Shown piece after piece: positions 9,529 through 19,324 of a stretch of 64,000 nt of DNA. The stretch lies in the NCBI GenBank assembly GCA_001800905.1, contig MGWH01000005.1, forward strand, positions 56,303-120,302. The letters run 5' to 3'. The translations under genes and the position numbers were made by a program. The notes beneath the pieces are model-generated. The model ran no database searches. It was given only the letters and a program-made list of their open reading frames with translations, and was not told the DNA's origin. This stretch comes from Flavobacteria bacterium GWA2_35_26 (GTDB lineage: Bacteria > Bacteroidota > Bacteroidia > Flavobacteriales > Flavobacteriaceae). Every line of letters starts with the position of its first letter. Within the stretch, counting starts at the first letter, position 1.

Positions 9529-11022
9529 ATGTCTGATACTACAATTCGAACCAATCCTGATGTAATTCTTATAGGCGCTGGAATTATGAGCGCTACTCTT
9601 GGAGTGATTTTGAAAGAATTACAACCGAATATTACTATTGAAATTTACGAAAGATTAGATACCGCTGCTTGCGAAAGTTCTGATGCTTGGAACAATGCAG
9701 GAACAGGTCATTCGGCTTTTTGCGAATTGAACTATACTCCTGAAGCTGCTGACGGTACTATTAGCCCTAAAAAAGCCATTAGTATTGCAGAATCTTTTGA
9801 AGTTTCGAGACAATTTTGGGCTTATCTAGTTCAACAAAACAAAATTGTTTCTCCGGAAAAATTCATCAAAAGTGTTCCTCATTTGAGTTTTGTTTGGGGA
9901 GAAAAAAATGTGGAGTTTCTTAAAAAGAGATTCAATGCATTGCAATCGAATCCTTTGTTTAAAGAAATGGATTTCAGTACTGAAATTACTGCTTTACAAG
10001 AATGGATGCCCTTAGTGATGGAAGGAAGAGATTTGTCAGAACCTATGGCAGCTACTAAAATGGACATTGGAACCGATGTAAATTTTGGCGAACTAACACG
10101 AAGTATGTTCCATTACTTACAATCTCTTGAAGGTGTTAGTATGCATTTCAATAATGAAGTTAGAAAATTGAAACAGCGTAATGATGGTTCTTGGCGAATT
10201 AAGGTACGTGATATAACTACGAACCAAAAACGAAGAGTCTACCCCAAATTTATATTTATTGGAGCAGGTGGTGGTTCTTTGCCTTTGTTGGAAAATGCTA
10301 ATATTCAAGAAGGAAAAGGATACGGTGGTTTTCCAGTTAGCGGTCAATGGCTAAGATGTACTAATCCTGAGGTAATTGCTAAACACGATGCTAAAGTATA
10401 TGGAAAAGCTAGCGTGGGCGCTCCACCCATGTCGGTACCACATATTGATTCCCGAATGATTAATGGAGAAAAGCAATTGCTTTTTGGCCCTTTTGCAGGA
10501 TTCTCAACCCGTTTCCTTAAGAATGGTTCGTATTCAGATTTGCCTTTATCTATCAAACCTGATAATATCATTCCGATGGTTATTGCCGGAATTAAAAATA
10601 TTCCTTTGACAAAATATTTGATTGAACAAGTTCGTCAGAAGCCAAAAGACAGAATGAATGCCTTGAGAGAATATGTGCCAAACGCAAGATCGAAAGATTG
10701 GAAATTAGAGCGTGCTGGTCAACGTGTGCAAGTGATAAAGAAAGATGAAAAAGAAGGTGGTATTTTGGAATTTGGAACCGAAGTAATCACGACTAATGAC
10801 GGAACATTGTCAGTATTATTAGGAGCTTCTCCTGGCGCATCAACAGCTGTTTCGGTCATGTTAGATGTAGTACAAAAATGTTTCAAGGACCAAATTCAAT
10901 CTAAAGAATGGCAATCCAAATTAAAAGTGATGATCCCTTCATTTGGCCAGGAATTGAATGCCAATCCGGATTTATTAGTTGAGGTAAGAAAAAGTACAAC
11001 AGAGACTTTGAAGCTGAACTAA
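9529..11022 (+). CDS. mqo: Malate:quinone oxidoreductase
   Basis: LIGAGIMSATL, ESSDAWNNAGTGHSAFCELNYT, GAPPMSVPHID, LLGASPGASTAV. Confidence 0.97.
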   Translation: MSDTTIRTNPDVILIGAGIMSATLGVILKELQPNITIEIYERLDTAACESSDAWNNAGTGHSAFCELNYTPEAADGTISPKKAISIAESFEVSRQFWAYLVQQNKIVSPEKFIKSVPHLSFVWGEKNVEFLKKRFNALQSNPLFKEMDFSTEITALQEWMPLVMEGRDLSEPMAATKMDIGTDVNFGELTRSMFHYLQSLEGVSMHFNNEVRKLKQRNDGSWRIKVRDITTNQKRRVYPKFIFIGAGGGSLPLLENANIQEGKGYGGFPVSGQWLRCTNPEVIAKHDAKVYGKASVGAPPMSVPHIDSRMINGEKQLLFGPFAGFSTRFLKNGSYSDLPLSIKPDNIIPMVIAGIKNIPLTKYLIEQVRQKPKDRMNALREYVPNARSKDWKLERAGQRVQVIKKDEKEGGILEFGTEVITTNDGTLSVLLGASPGASTAVSVMLDVVQKCFKDQIQSKEWQSKLKVMIPSFGQELNANPDLLVEVRKSTTETLKLN

Positions 11023-11042
11023 ATAACAAACATATAAGTAGT

Positions 11043-11071
11043 AAAAGCATCGAAATTCTCGGTGCTTTTTT
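11043..11071 (+). terminator. Rho-independent terminator after mqo
   Basis: AAAAGCATCGA-aattc-TCGGTGCTTTT (11-bp stem, one G:U) followed by a T run. Confidence 0.75.
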
Positions 11072-11234
11072 GTTTTTTATTGGTAGTTTTCGATGGTAAT
11101 TTGTCTTTCATTTTTAATGAAATGTACATAAACCAAATTAATTCTATAATACTATCTATTTTTACTATTTTTGCACTCGAATTTGAGAATTAAAAGAGCT
11201 TTATTCTCATAAGTTAAATCGTAATACGACACTA

Positions 11235-11822
11235 ATGATTTTACCAATTATAGGTTATGGAGATCCTGTTTTAAGGAAGGTTGGAACGGAAATCAATTCC
11301 GATTATCCAAACTTAAAGGAGATTATTGCCAATATGTACGATACCATGTACAATGCTTGTGGAGTTGGTTTAGCTGCTCCTCAAGTAGGAATGCCAATAC
11401 GTTTATTTGTGATTGACACCACACCTTTTAGTGATGATGAGGATCTGTCTGAAGCTGATCAAAAGAAAATGAACGGATTCAAACGCACTTTTATCAATGC
11501 TAAAATTTTGAAAGAAGAAGGCGAGGAGTGGAGTTTTAACGAAGGTTGTTTGAGTATTCCAGATGTACGTGAAGATGTATACCGTAATCCGTTGGTTACC
11601 ATCGAATATTGTGAAGAGGATTTTGTGATGAAAACTGAAGTTTTTGATGGTTTGATTGCAAGAGTAATTCAGCACGAATACGATCACATTGAAGGAATTT
11701 TATTTACCGATAAAATTTCGTCTTTGAAAAAGCGATTGATTCAGAAAAAATTAAAAAACATTATCGAAGGAAAAACATTTCAAGAATATCGAATGAAGTT
11801 CTTTGGTAAAAAAGGAAGATAA
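11235..11822 (+). CDS. def: Peptide deformylase
   Basis: GVGLAAPQ, EGCLS, QHEYDH motifs; TATTTTTG -7 element at 11166-11173. Confidence 0.97.
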   Translation: MILPIIGYGDPVLRKVGTEINSDYPNLKEIIANMYDTMYNACGVGLAAPQVGMPIRLFVIDTTPFSDDEDLSEADQKKMNGFKRTFINAKILKEEGEEWSFNEGCLSIPDVREDVYRNPLVTIEYCEEDFVMKTEVFDGLIARVIQHEYDHIEGILFTDKISSLKKRLIQKKLKNIIEGKTFQEYRMKFFGKKGR

Positions 11823-11841
11823 TTTAATAAAAATAGATACA

Positions 11842-12300
11842 ATGAATATCGAAAAAATACTTGCTATTTCTGGTAAACCAGGTTTATACGAATTGAAAAT
11901 CCAAACCCGTACTGGTTTTGTAGCCGAATCTTTATTGGATGGCAAAAAAATTACAGTGAATATGAAAGCCAACGTAAGTTTGTTATCAGAAATTTCAATT
12001 TATACTTATGAGGCTGAAAAGCCTTTGGCTGAAATATTGAATGCCATTGCCAAAAAAGAAAAAAACGGACCTGCTATTTCTCACAAAGAAGATGCAGCTA
12101 CTATGGCCGCTTACTTCAAAGAAATCTTACCTGATTATGATGAAGAAAGAGTTTATGGTTCTGATATCAAAAAAGTTTTGAACTGGTACAATTTGTTACA
12201 ATCTAAAGGAATGGTTAAGGATGAAGCTCCTAAAGCATCTAGCAAAGAAGAATCAGTTACTGAGGAAAAGCCTAAAAAAGCAAAAGCTAAAAAAGCATAA
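11842..12300 (+). CDS. Conserved Bacteroidota protein, DUF5606-like
   Basis: MNIEKILAISGKPGLY, PDYDEERVYGSDIKK; ATG at 11842 preferred over the track start at 11803, which overlaps def. Confidence 0.7.
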   Translation: MNIEKILAISGKPGLYELKIQTRTGFVAESLLDGKKITVNMKANVSLLSEISIYTYEAEKPLAEILNAIAKKEKNGPAISHKEDAATMAAYFKEILPDYDEERVYGSDIKKVLNWYNLLQSKGMVKDEAPKASSKEESVTEEKPKKAKAKKA

Positions 12301-12320
12301 TTGTTTTTAAACAGTTTAAT

Positions 12321-12356
12321 ATCCTGCTGAGATCATTTTCTTAGCAGGATTTTTTT
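12321..12356 (+). terminator. Rho-independent terminator
   Basis: ATCCTGCTGAGA-tcattt-TCTTAGCAGGAT (12-bp stem, one G:U) followed by a T run. Confidence 0.8.
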
Positions 12357-12380
12357 ATTTTTACCAAAACCTATTTCAAA

Positions 12381-13154
12381 ATGAACTCTAGAGAATCACA
12401 ACTTCAAGCTTTCGATCGATTGTTAACTATCATGGACGAATTGCGTGATCAATGTCCTTGGGACAAGAAGCAAACCTTACAAAGTTTACGTCACCTGACT
12501 ATCGAAGAAACCTATGAATTGGGCGATGCAATTTTAGAAAATGATTTGCAAGAAGTCAAAAAAGAATTGGGCGATCTGTTATTACATATTGTTTTTTATG
12601 CCAAAATTGGAAGTGAAACCGAGGATTTCGATATCGCTGATGTTTGTAATTCCATTTGCGATAAGTTGATCCATCGTCATCCTCATATTTATAGTGATGT
12701 GGAAGTAAAAGATGAAGAAGAAGTAAAGCAAAATTGGGAAAAATTGAAATTGAAAGAAGGAAAAAAATCGGTTTTAGAAGGTGTGCCAAAAGGCTTACCG
12801 GCTTTGGTTAAAGCAAGCCGAATTCAAGATAAAGTAAAAGGAGTTGGTTTTGATTGGGAAGAGTCACATCAAGTTTGGGACAAAGTTCAGGAGGAATTAC
12901 ACGAATTACAAGTGGAGGTAGCTGCTGGCGATCAAGATAAAATGGAAGCTGAATTTGGAGATGTCCTTTTTTCTATGATCAATTATGCCCGATTCCTGAA
13001 TATCAATCCCGAGGATGCTTTGGAACGAACCAATAAAAAATTCATTACTAGATTTCAATATTTAGAAAGCAAAACGACCGAAATGGGAAAACCATTGATG
13101 GATATGACTTTGGCCGAGATGGATGTGTTTTGGAACGAGGCGAAGCAATTATAA
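12381..13154 (+). CDS. mazG: Nucleoside triphosphate pyrophosphohydrolase MazG
   Basis: LRDQCPWDKKQT, IEETYEL, ELGDLLLHIVF, KLIHRHPH, second domain EFGDVLF. Confidence 0.95.
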   Translation: MNSRESQLQAFDRLLTIMDELRDQCPWDKKQTLQSLRHLTIEETYELGDAILENDLQEVKKELGDLLLHIVFYAKIGSETEDFDIADVCNSICDKLIHRHPHIYSDVEVKDEEEVKQNWEKLKLKEGKKSVLEGVPKGLPALVKASRIQDKVKGVGFDWEESHQVWDKVQEELHELQVEVAAGDQDKMEAEFGDVLFSMINYARFLNINPEDALERTNKKFITRFQYLESKTTEMGKPLMDMTLAEMDVFWNEAKQL

Positions 13155-13163
13155 TTTTTAATT

Positions 13164-14036
13164 ATGATTTACTTATTACTGTCAGTTGTATTATACGCGT
13201 TGAATAATTTACTTTGGAAAAAGGTTTTACAACAAACAAATAGTTGGTTGGTAATGACTTCAAGGGCTTTTTTGACAGCTAGTATTGGAATCATCGTCAT
13301 CCTTTTTTTTGCTCCAAACATGCTAAATCAAATCAGCTGGAATTCTTTTTGGAGAATTACAATTGCATCTGTATTAGGCGCATTTGGCTTGATTTGTATG
13401 TTATCAGCCCTTCAAAAAGGAACGTTAAGGCAACTAGGTATATTTAATTTATTGACCATTGCCTTTACTGTGACTTATCTATTGCTTTTTGAAAAATTCA
13501 ATGTATTAGATTTTGTTTCTGGAACAAGTTTAATTATAGTAGGATTTAGTATTTATGTTTTTCAAATTCAAAAATTACCTACAAATGAATCCAATAGTAA
13601 AACAGTCATATATTATATTTTAATGTCGTTATTTTTCGCATCCTCTGGATTGGTGCATTGGTATAATTTCAAACAATCTATTTCGCCACTTTTCTCAGTA
13701 GTAAATCAAGAAATAATTGTTTTTTTAGTCGGTGGTATTGGATTAATAGCACAACCTAAATCAGAAAAAGAACATTGGTTTCAATCAATGATAAAATCAG
13801 CTAATTTAGTATTCATCATGGCAGTATTGATTTTTGCTGCTGTTTGGACTGGTTTTTTAGGATTGAAGATTACCAATCCATTATTAGCATCGCTTTTACC
13901 ATTGGCAACTCCTATTTTAACAATCCTTTTTGGAGCTTTATTTTTTAAAGAAAAATGGAATAAAAAAATAGGTTTGGCACTATTTATTATAGCTATTGGT
14001 GCTTATGTATTGCATCTTAATCTAAAACATCAATAG
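13164..14036 (+). CDS. EamA/DMT-family membrane transporter
   Basis: About 10 hydrophobic segments in two halves; C-terminal LFGALFFKEKWNKK..GLALFII signature. Confidence 0.7.
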   Translation: MIYLLLSVVLYALNNLLWKKVLQQTNSWLVMTSRAFLTASIGIIVILFFAPNMLNQISWNSFWRITIASVLGAFGLICMLSALQKGTLRQLGIFNLLTIAFTVTYLLLFEKFNVLDFVSGTSLIIVGFSIYVFQIQKLPTNESNSKTVIYYILMSLFFASSGLVHWYNFKQSISPLFSVVNQEIIVFLVGGIGLIAQPKSEKEHWFQSMIKSANLVFIMAVLIFAAVWTGFLGLKITNPLLASLLPLATPILTILFGALFFKEKWNKKIGLALFIIAIGAYVLHLNLKHQ

Positions 14037-15330
14037 TTAAAAATTGGGTTAAAAATTCAATTGAAAATCTCTTGAATCCAGTTTGAATAGCTATTGATTC
14101 ATATTCGTTTTGAATTTTAAATAACTCTTCTTCATTTGACGACAATGCTGTGGCCAGATGGTACTTTGTAATCAAATAAAAAAGTTTAATATAATCAGAA
14201 TACGACAAACTAAATTTAGAAAGATCTATCAAATCAAACCCGATTTTAGCTTCTTTAATTTTAGCTTCTTTAATTAAATGTAATGTTTGAGTAATTAATA
14301 TCATTGCTTGTGACGGGTAACCGCTCCAGTTCGCTATTGTTAACAGTTCTTCGTAATAATTTTGAATTAGATAATTCGTTTTTTCAAAGTCTTTTATAAA
14401 TAGTAAAGCGGGAAATAATTCTATAGTTAACAAATTGACTTGATCTGATTTATTGAGTAGTATTAAAAATTGATTCCATGTTTTTTCATACTCTAGTTTA
14501 TTTTCTTGCTCATTGAAATAGAGTAAGTTGTATGCAAAACACCGACCTTTTAATACAATAAAAAAATCAGGTTGTAATCGGTTTAAATCGACAGGTTTTA
14601 AATTAGAACTATTGGACAAATAACAATTGTAATTTAAAATTAAATCGTAAAATAAAGCTTCATGGCTATCCGCTAAAGCATGTTTTTTTGCCTCTCCAAT
14701 AAAATCTCCATAATACCCATTAAAAAAGGAATAGTCTATAAACCAGTGCAATATGTTTTCTCTGAATAATTGATTAGGAGTGATTTTTTGTATTATTTGT
14801 GTTATATCATCCTTGTTTAAACTTCTAAAAAGTAAACAGATGTTTGCTGCTAATTTTAATTGATTAGCTTCTTCAAACTTGAAAATTCTCGCATCAAAAA
14901 ATTGATTTAGTACCGAATATTTTTTCTTATAAATAAACGTTTTAATTATAGAGGCAACTTTTAAGTGGTAATCAGTTGTGTCTTGTTGCGATTCCAACCA
15001 TTGAACATCAATTTCATTAATCGTTTCACTTAATTCAATTTTAATCGTTTGTGTCCATACAAACCAGTCATTGTCTTTTAAATATTTCTTTTGATAAGCA
15101 CTAAAATTTTCATAGCCTATATAGTGACTTAGAGTATTTAAAGTATTTAAATTGGGAGTAGTTCCTTTTAAAAAACCAAAAAAACGCCGTAATGTATTAT
15201 ATCCAATTTTTTTCTTGGTTTTCCATTCAATCGCTTCATGCACCATTTTTAATTCGGTACTATTTTCAATTCGGAAACCAATTTGTTTCTGTATATCGAT
15301 ACGTAATTGACTATATGTTTCTGGATTCAT
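14017..15330 (-). CDS. Hypothetical protein with an N-terminal HTH-like domain and a helical C-terminal region
   Basis: 437-aa ORF; GYNTLRRFFG...PNLNTLNTLSHYIGY resembles XRE-type HTH segments; no transmembrane segment seen. Confidence 0.6.
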   Translation of the reverse strand: MNPETYSQLRIDIQKQIGFRIENSTELKMVHEAIEWKTKKKIGYNTLRRFFGFLKGTTPNLNTLNTLSHYIGYENFSAYQKKYLKDNDWFVWTQTIKIELSETINEIDVQWLESQQDTTDYHLKVASIIKTFIYKKKYSVLNQFFDARIFKFEEANQLKLAANICLLFRSLNKDDITQIIQKITPNQLFRENILHWFIDYSFFNGYYGDFIGEAKKHALADSHEALFYDLILNYNCYLSNSSNLKPVDLNRLQPDFFIVLKGRCFAYNLLYFNEQENKLEYEKTWNQFLILLNKSDQVNLLTIELFPALLFIKDFEKTNYLIQNYYEELLTIANWSGYPSQAMILITQTLHLIKEAKIKEAKIGFDLIDLSKFSLSYSDYIKLFYLITKYHLATALSSNEEELFKIQNEYESIAIQTGFKRFSIEFLTQFLTIDVLD

Positions 15331-15343
15331 CGTTTTTAAATAT

Positions 15344-15365
15344 TTATGGGCTAATTATGGGCTAA
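15344..15365. repeat. Perfect tandem 11-bp direct repeat (TTATGGGCTAA x2)
   Basis: 15344-15354 and 15355-15365, 14-35 nt upstream of the 437-aa gene. Confidence 0.85.
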
Positions 15366-15457
15366 ATATACATTTTTTGCGATTTATATTTGTTATGTAT
15401 TTTAATTTATTGTTTTGAAAATTAGGAATCTTGTAATTCCCTTTAATTGGAAAAGAT

Positions 15458-15847
15458 ATGTTGTTTAATAATAGTATAGACCGAATCCAGGTAGTCGAAA
15501 CAGAATTGTTGATTAATGTTAATTTAATTAATCAAAAAAAAATCCCTTTGGAAGAGATTAAAAAAGTATTTGTTTCAGTAAAGAAAATTCCTGTAATCTA
15601 TGAAATTGTATATATACTTATGGGCGGAATTTTTATTGGATTAAATTTTAGTTTTTATCCAATTGGATTCTATTTTTGGTTGGTTTCTGGAATCTATTTG
15701 TTGGGAGAATTTATCGTACATAATTATAAAAGTTGTACTTTAAACGTAGAACTTCAAAATGAAAAAGTACAGATTCGTTTCATACCCTATGAACTTAAAT
15801 ACCAATTAGTTCATAAGATTAACGAAATTAAATTTAGAATTAGGTAA
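15458..15847 (+). CDS. Hypothetical membrane protein (two TM segments)
   Basis: 129-aa ORF with a central hydrophobic hairpin; TATATTTG -7 element at 15385-15392. Confidence 0.55.
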   Translation: MLFNNSIDRIQVVETELLINVNLINQKKIPLEEIKKVFVSVKKIPVIYEIVYILMGGIFIGLNFSFYPIGFYFWLVSGIYLLGEFIVHNYKSCTLNVELQNEKVQIRFIPYELKYQLVHKINEIKFRIR

Positions 15848-15867
15848 TGGGATTTGAATAGTGATTT

Positions 15868-16548
15868 CTATTCAGCCATTTTCTTTAGTTTGCCAATTTC
15901 TTTGAGCGTAATCTTTTTACCAGTCAATTCGATTAACCCCAATTTATTAAAATCAGAAAGTAAACGAATACAACTTTCGGTTGCTGTACCAATCATACTG
16001 GCTAATTCTTCTCTTGACAATTGCACTTTCAAACTGTTATCTTCATTTTTTCCAAAGGTGTCTGCCAAATATAATAGAGTCTCGGCTAAACGTTCTTTTA
16101 CCGTTTTTTGTGCCATATTTACCGAATGAAGATCGGCTTCTTTTAAGTCACCACAAATCGTTTTCATGACATTCATAGAAAACTGATTGTTTTTGTCAAA
16201 AAATCCCATGATTTCTGTTTTTGGAATGAAGCATACTTCCATATCTTCTAAAGCAACGGCACTTAAGTTGACCGGTTCATCGCTTATGATGGAACGTTGT
16301 CCTAACAATTCTCCCTTGGAAATTAATTTTACAATATGATCTTTACCATTAGCACTTAATTTGGACATTTTGCAAACGCCATCTTTTATACAGTAAATGC
16401 CATTAATGGTGTCTCCTTCTTCAAAGATCATCTCACCTTTTTTGATGGTGTACGACTCTTTGCAGTCAGAAAGATGTAGAAGTTCTTCTTTGTTTAGTGC
16501 TTTCAAAGAGCTGAATTCTCTAACGATACATTGTTCACATTTACTCAT
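15868..16548 (-). CDS. Crp/Fnr-family transcriptional regulator (Fnr-like, N-terminal CxxC)
   Basis: MSKCEQC N-terminus, cNMP-type beta-roll, HTH SREELASMIGTATESCIRLL; adjacent to cco genes. Start 16548 preferred because a TAAATTTG -7 element (16576-16583) overlaps the track start. Confidence 0.9.
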   Translation of the reverse strand: MSKCEQCIVREFSSLKALNKEELLHLSDCKESYTIKKGEMIFEEGDTINGIYCIKDGVCKMSKLSANGKDHIVKLISKGELLGQRSIISDEPVNLSAVALEDMEVCFIPKTEIMGFFDKNNQFSMNVMKTICGDLKEADLHSVNMAQKTVKERLAETLLYLADTFGKNEDNSLKVQLSREELASMIGTATESCIRLLSDFNKLGLIELTGKKITLKEIGKLKKMAE

Positions 16549-16592
16549 ACTACCAATTGGGACTTTATTGAAAAACAAATTTAGTGATTATT

Positions 16593-16606
16593 ATGACAAA
16601 TGTCAT
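16593..16606. promoter_or_regulatory. Candidate Fnr-type box 1 (ATGAC-N4-GTCAT) between the regulator and ccoI
   Basis: ATGACAAATGTCAT palindrome; 22 nt from AACCTTTG (-7-like, 16629-16636). Confidence 0.75.
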
Positions 16607-16660
16607 ATTTTAAGTTGTAACTATTGGTAACCTTTGTCACAGGTAAATTGAGCAAAGAGT

Positions 16661-19039
16661 ATGGATACAAAAAACTGTTTCCATTGTGGTTTGGATATTG
16701 TAGAAAAAGAAGAGATTATTTTTGATGACAAATCATTTTGTTGCACGGGTTGTATGACCGTCTACGAAATATTTAGTCTCAACGATATGACTTGTTACTA
16801 TGATTTTGAAAAATCACCTGGAGCAACTCCGCAAGATATTAATGGTAAATATGATTTCTTAGATAATGAAAGTATTGTGTCAAAATTGTTGGATTTCGAA
16901 GAAAATGCAACCGCTATTGTTTCACTTAGCATTCCTCATATACATTGTAGTTCATGTATTTGGATTTTGGAAAATTTACAACGTCTTAAAAAGGGAATAA
17001 GTACGTCTCAAGTTAATTTTCCTGAGAAAAAAGTCCGTATTACCTTCCATCCAGCAGAAGTTTCTTTAAAAGAGATTGTCTATTTATTGAGTGGTATTGG
17101 GTACGAACCTTATATAAGTTTGGAAAATTATGAAGCGGGTTCAAATACTGTTGATAGAAGTTTAACCTACAAATTAGGTGTAGCGTTTTTTTGTTTCGGT
17201 AACATTATGTTACTTTCTTTTCCAGAATATTTTGAAGTCAAAGAATATTGGTTGGATCAATACCGCGGCTTTTTCCGTTGGTTGATTTTTGCCTTATCCT
17301 TACCAAGTTTTTTCTATTCTGCTAGCGGTTATTATGTTTCGGCCTACAAAAGCATCAGATCCAAAATGCTTAATATCGATATTCCAATTGCCTTGGGAAT
17401 TATTGTGATGTTTGTGCGAAGTACCGTTGATATTGTAATGGACTATGGATCGGGTTTTTTTGATAGTTTAACCGGATTGGTTTTCTTCATGCTTTTAGGA
17501 AAAATGTTCCAAATCAAAACCTATAGTTTTTTAAGCTTTGAGCGTGATTTCAAATCCTATTTTCCAATTGCAATTACGCGTATCCAAGGAAATCTGGAAG
17601 AAAGTGTTCCCATTTATGATATCCAAAAAGGAGATCGATTGTTGATTCGAAATCAAGAATTAATTCCGGTAGATGGAATTTTGATTACCGAAACGGCTGA
17701 TATTGATTATAGTTTTGTAACCGGAGAAGCGATTCCAATTACTAAAAAATCAGGCGATAAAGTATTTGCAGGAGGGAAGCAGATAGGAAAAATGATTGAA
17801 ATGGAAGTCTTGTATTCGGTATCCCAAAGTTATTTGACGCAACTATGGAGCAACGATGTTTTTCAAAAAAATGTGGAGCAAAAACACAAAACCATTACCG
17901 ATCAGATTTCGCGTTATTTTACCCCTATTTTACTTTTAATTGCATTTTTGAGTTTTGGCTATTGGATTTTGAAAGATACCAATACCGCATTTAATGTGTT
18001 TACTGCCGTATTAATTGTTGCCTGTCCATGTGCTTTAGCATTGACCGCCCCTTTTACTTTTGGTAATATTTTACGAATATTGGGCAAGAAAAAATTCTAT
18101 CTTAAAAACGCTTTGGTTATTGAACAATTAGCTAAAGTAGATACAATCGTGTTTGACAAAACAGGAACCATTACGACCAATAAAAAATCCAATATTGCAT
18201 TTCAGGGAAATTCACTATCAGAAGCTGATCTTGTTTTAATTAAAAATGTACTTCGCGCTTCCAATCATCCTTTGAGCCGAATGTTGTATGATTTTTTACC
18301 AGAAACTCAGAAACTGAAATTGGATCATTTTGCAGAAATAACTGGTAAAGGGATTCAGGCAACTCTAAACGGAACAACGATTCAATTGGGTTCGGCTTCG
18401 TTTGTAGGTGCCAATGAAGAAAATGCTATCCAACAAACTTCGGTTCATATCACAATCAATGAAAATTATATTGGGAAATATGTCTTTAACAATCAATATA
18501 GAGAAGGCTTGTCTTCCCTTTTTGCACATTTAAGTCAAGGGTACCAACTAAAAATTTTATCGGGTGATAATGAAGGTGAACAAAAAGCTTTGGAACAATT
18601 ATTACCACCGGGCACCGAATTGATTTTCAATCAGAAACCAGAACAGAAATTAGAGTTTATTAAAAACTTACAAGAAAAAGGCCAAAATGTAATGATGGTA
18701 GGTGATGGGCTAAATGATGCTGGCGCTTTGGCTCAAAGTAATGTTGGGATTTCTATTGCAGAAAATGTTAATGTTTTTTCACCGGCTTGCGATGCTATTT
18801 TGGATGCTAATGTTTTTGATCAACTGGATTCATTTATGGCACTTTCAAAAAAAGCAATCACGACAATTAAAATGAGTTTTACAGTCTCTTTGTTGTACAA
18901 TGTGGTTGGGCTATCCTTTGCAATTACGGGTAATTTATTGCCTTTAGTGGCAGCGATAATTATGCCTTTGAGTACGATTACAATTGTCAGTTTTGTAACT
19001 GTAATGAGTAATTATTATTCCAGAAGAAGATTGCAATAA
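16661..19039 (+). CDS. ccoI: Heavy-metal (Cu) P1B-type ATPase for cbb3 assembly, CcoI/FixI
   Basis: N-terminal CFHCG/FCCTGC, HMA HCSSC, TGE, CPC, DKTGT, HPL, GDGLND, YN and MPLS membrane motifs. Confidence 0.93.
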   Translation: MDTKNCFHCGLDIVEKEEIIFDDKSFCCTGCMTVYEIFSLNDMTCYYDFEKSPGATPQDINGKYDFLDNESIVSKLLDFEENATAIVSLSIPHIHCSSCIWILENLQRLKKGISTSQVNFPEKKVRITFHPAEVSLKEIVYLLSGIGYEPYISLENYEAGSNTVDRSLTYKLGVAFFCFGNIMLLSFPEYFEVKEYWLDQYRGFFRWLIFALSLPSFFYSASGYYVSAYKSIRSKMLNIDIPIALGIIVMFVRSTVDIVMDYGSGFFDSLTGLVFFMLLGKMFQIKTYSFLSFERDFKSYFPIAITRIQGNLEESVPIYDIQKGDRLLIRNQELIPVDGILITETADIDYSFVTGEAIPITKKSGDKVFAGGKQIGKMIEMEVLYSVSQSYLTQLWSNDVFQKNVEQKHKTITDQISRYFTPILLLIAFLSFGYWILKDTNTAFNVFTAVLIVACPCALALTAPFTFGNILRILGKKKFYLKNALVIEQLAKVDTIVFDKTGTITTNKKSNIAFQGNSLSEADLVLIKNVLRASNHPLSRMLYDFLPETQKLKLDHFAEITGKGIQATLNGTTIQLGSASFVGANEENAIQQTSVHITINENYIGKYVFNNQYREGLSSLFAHLSQGYQLKILSGDNEGEQKALEQLLPPGTELIFNQKPEQKLEFIKNLQEKGQNVMMVGDGLNDAGALAQSNVGISIAENVNVFSPACDAILDANVFDQLDSFMALSKKAITTIKMSFTVSLLYNVVGLSFAITGNLLPLVAAIIMPLSTITIVSFVTVMSNYYSRRRLQ

Positions 19040-19068
19040 TTGTGTATTTGTTATGTATTTACTACGGC

Positions 19069-19082
19069 ATGACAAATGTCAT
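19069..19082. promoter_or_regulatory. Candidate Fnr-type box 2 upstream of ccoS-NO-Q-P
   Basis: ATGACAAATGTCAT, identical to box 1 (19-nt identity including ATTTT); 22 nt from TAATTTTG (19105-19112). Confidence 0.8.
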
Positions 19083-19130
19083 ATTTTTTGAGAATCACGA
19101 GTCTTAATTTTGTTAACATAAATGTAAGTT

Positions 19131-19322
19131 ATGAGTGTAATTTATTTATTGATCTCCATTAGTATCCTTGTCGCCATTGGGTTTTTTATTGCTTTTATAC
19201 GAGCAGTTAAAACGGGACAATACGACGATGATTACACGCCATCAGTGCGAATGCTTTTTGACGACGAGCTTAGAATAACCCCAAATAAATCAGTACAAAC
19301 AACAGAAGAAAAACAAATTTAA
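19131..19322 (+). CDS. ccoS: cbb3-type cytochrome oxidase maturation protein CcoS/FixS
   Basis: One N-terminal TM then GQYDD...RMLFDD. Confidence 0.9.
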   Translation: MSVIYLLISISILVAIGFFIAFIRAVKTGQYDDDYTPSVRMLFDDELRITPNKSVQTTEEKQI

Positions 19323-19324
19323 TT

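Noticed and set aside
15387-19060. Identical 16-mer TATTTGTTATGTATTT at 15387-15402 and 19045-19060
   Set aside because: Low-complexity, T-rich, and partly just the -7 element; plausible by chance in this composition.
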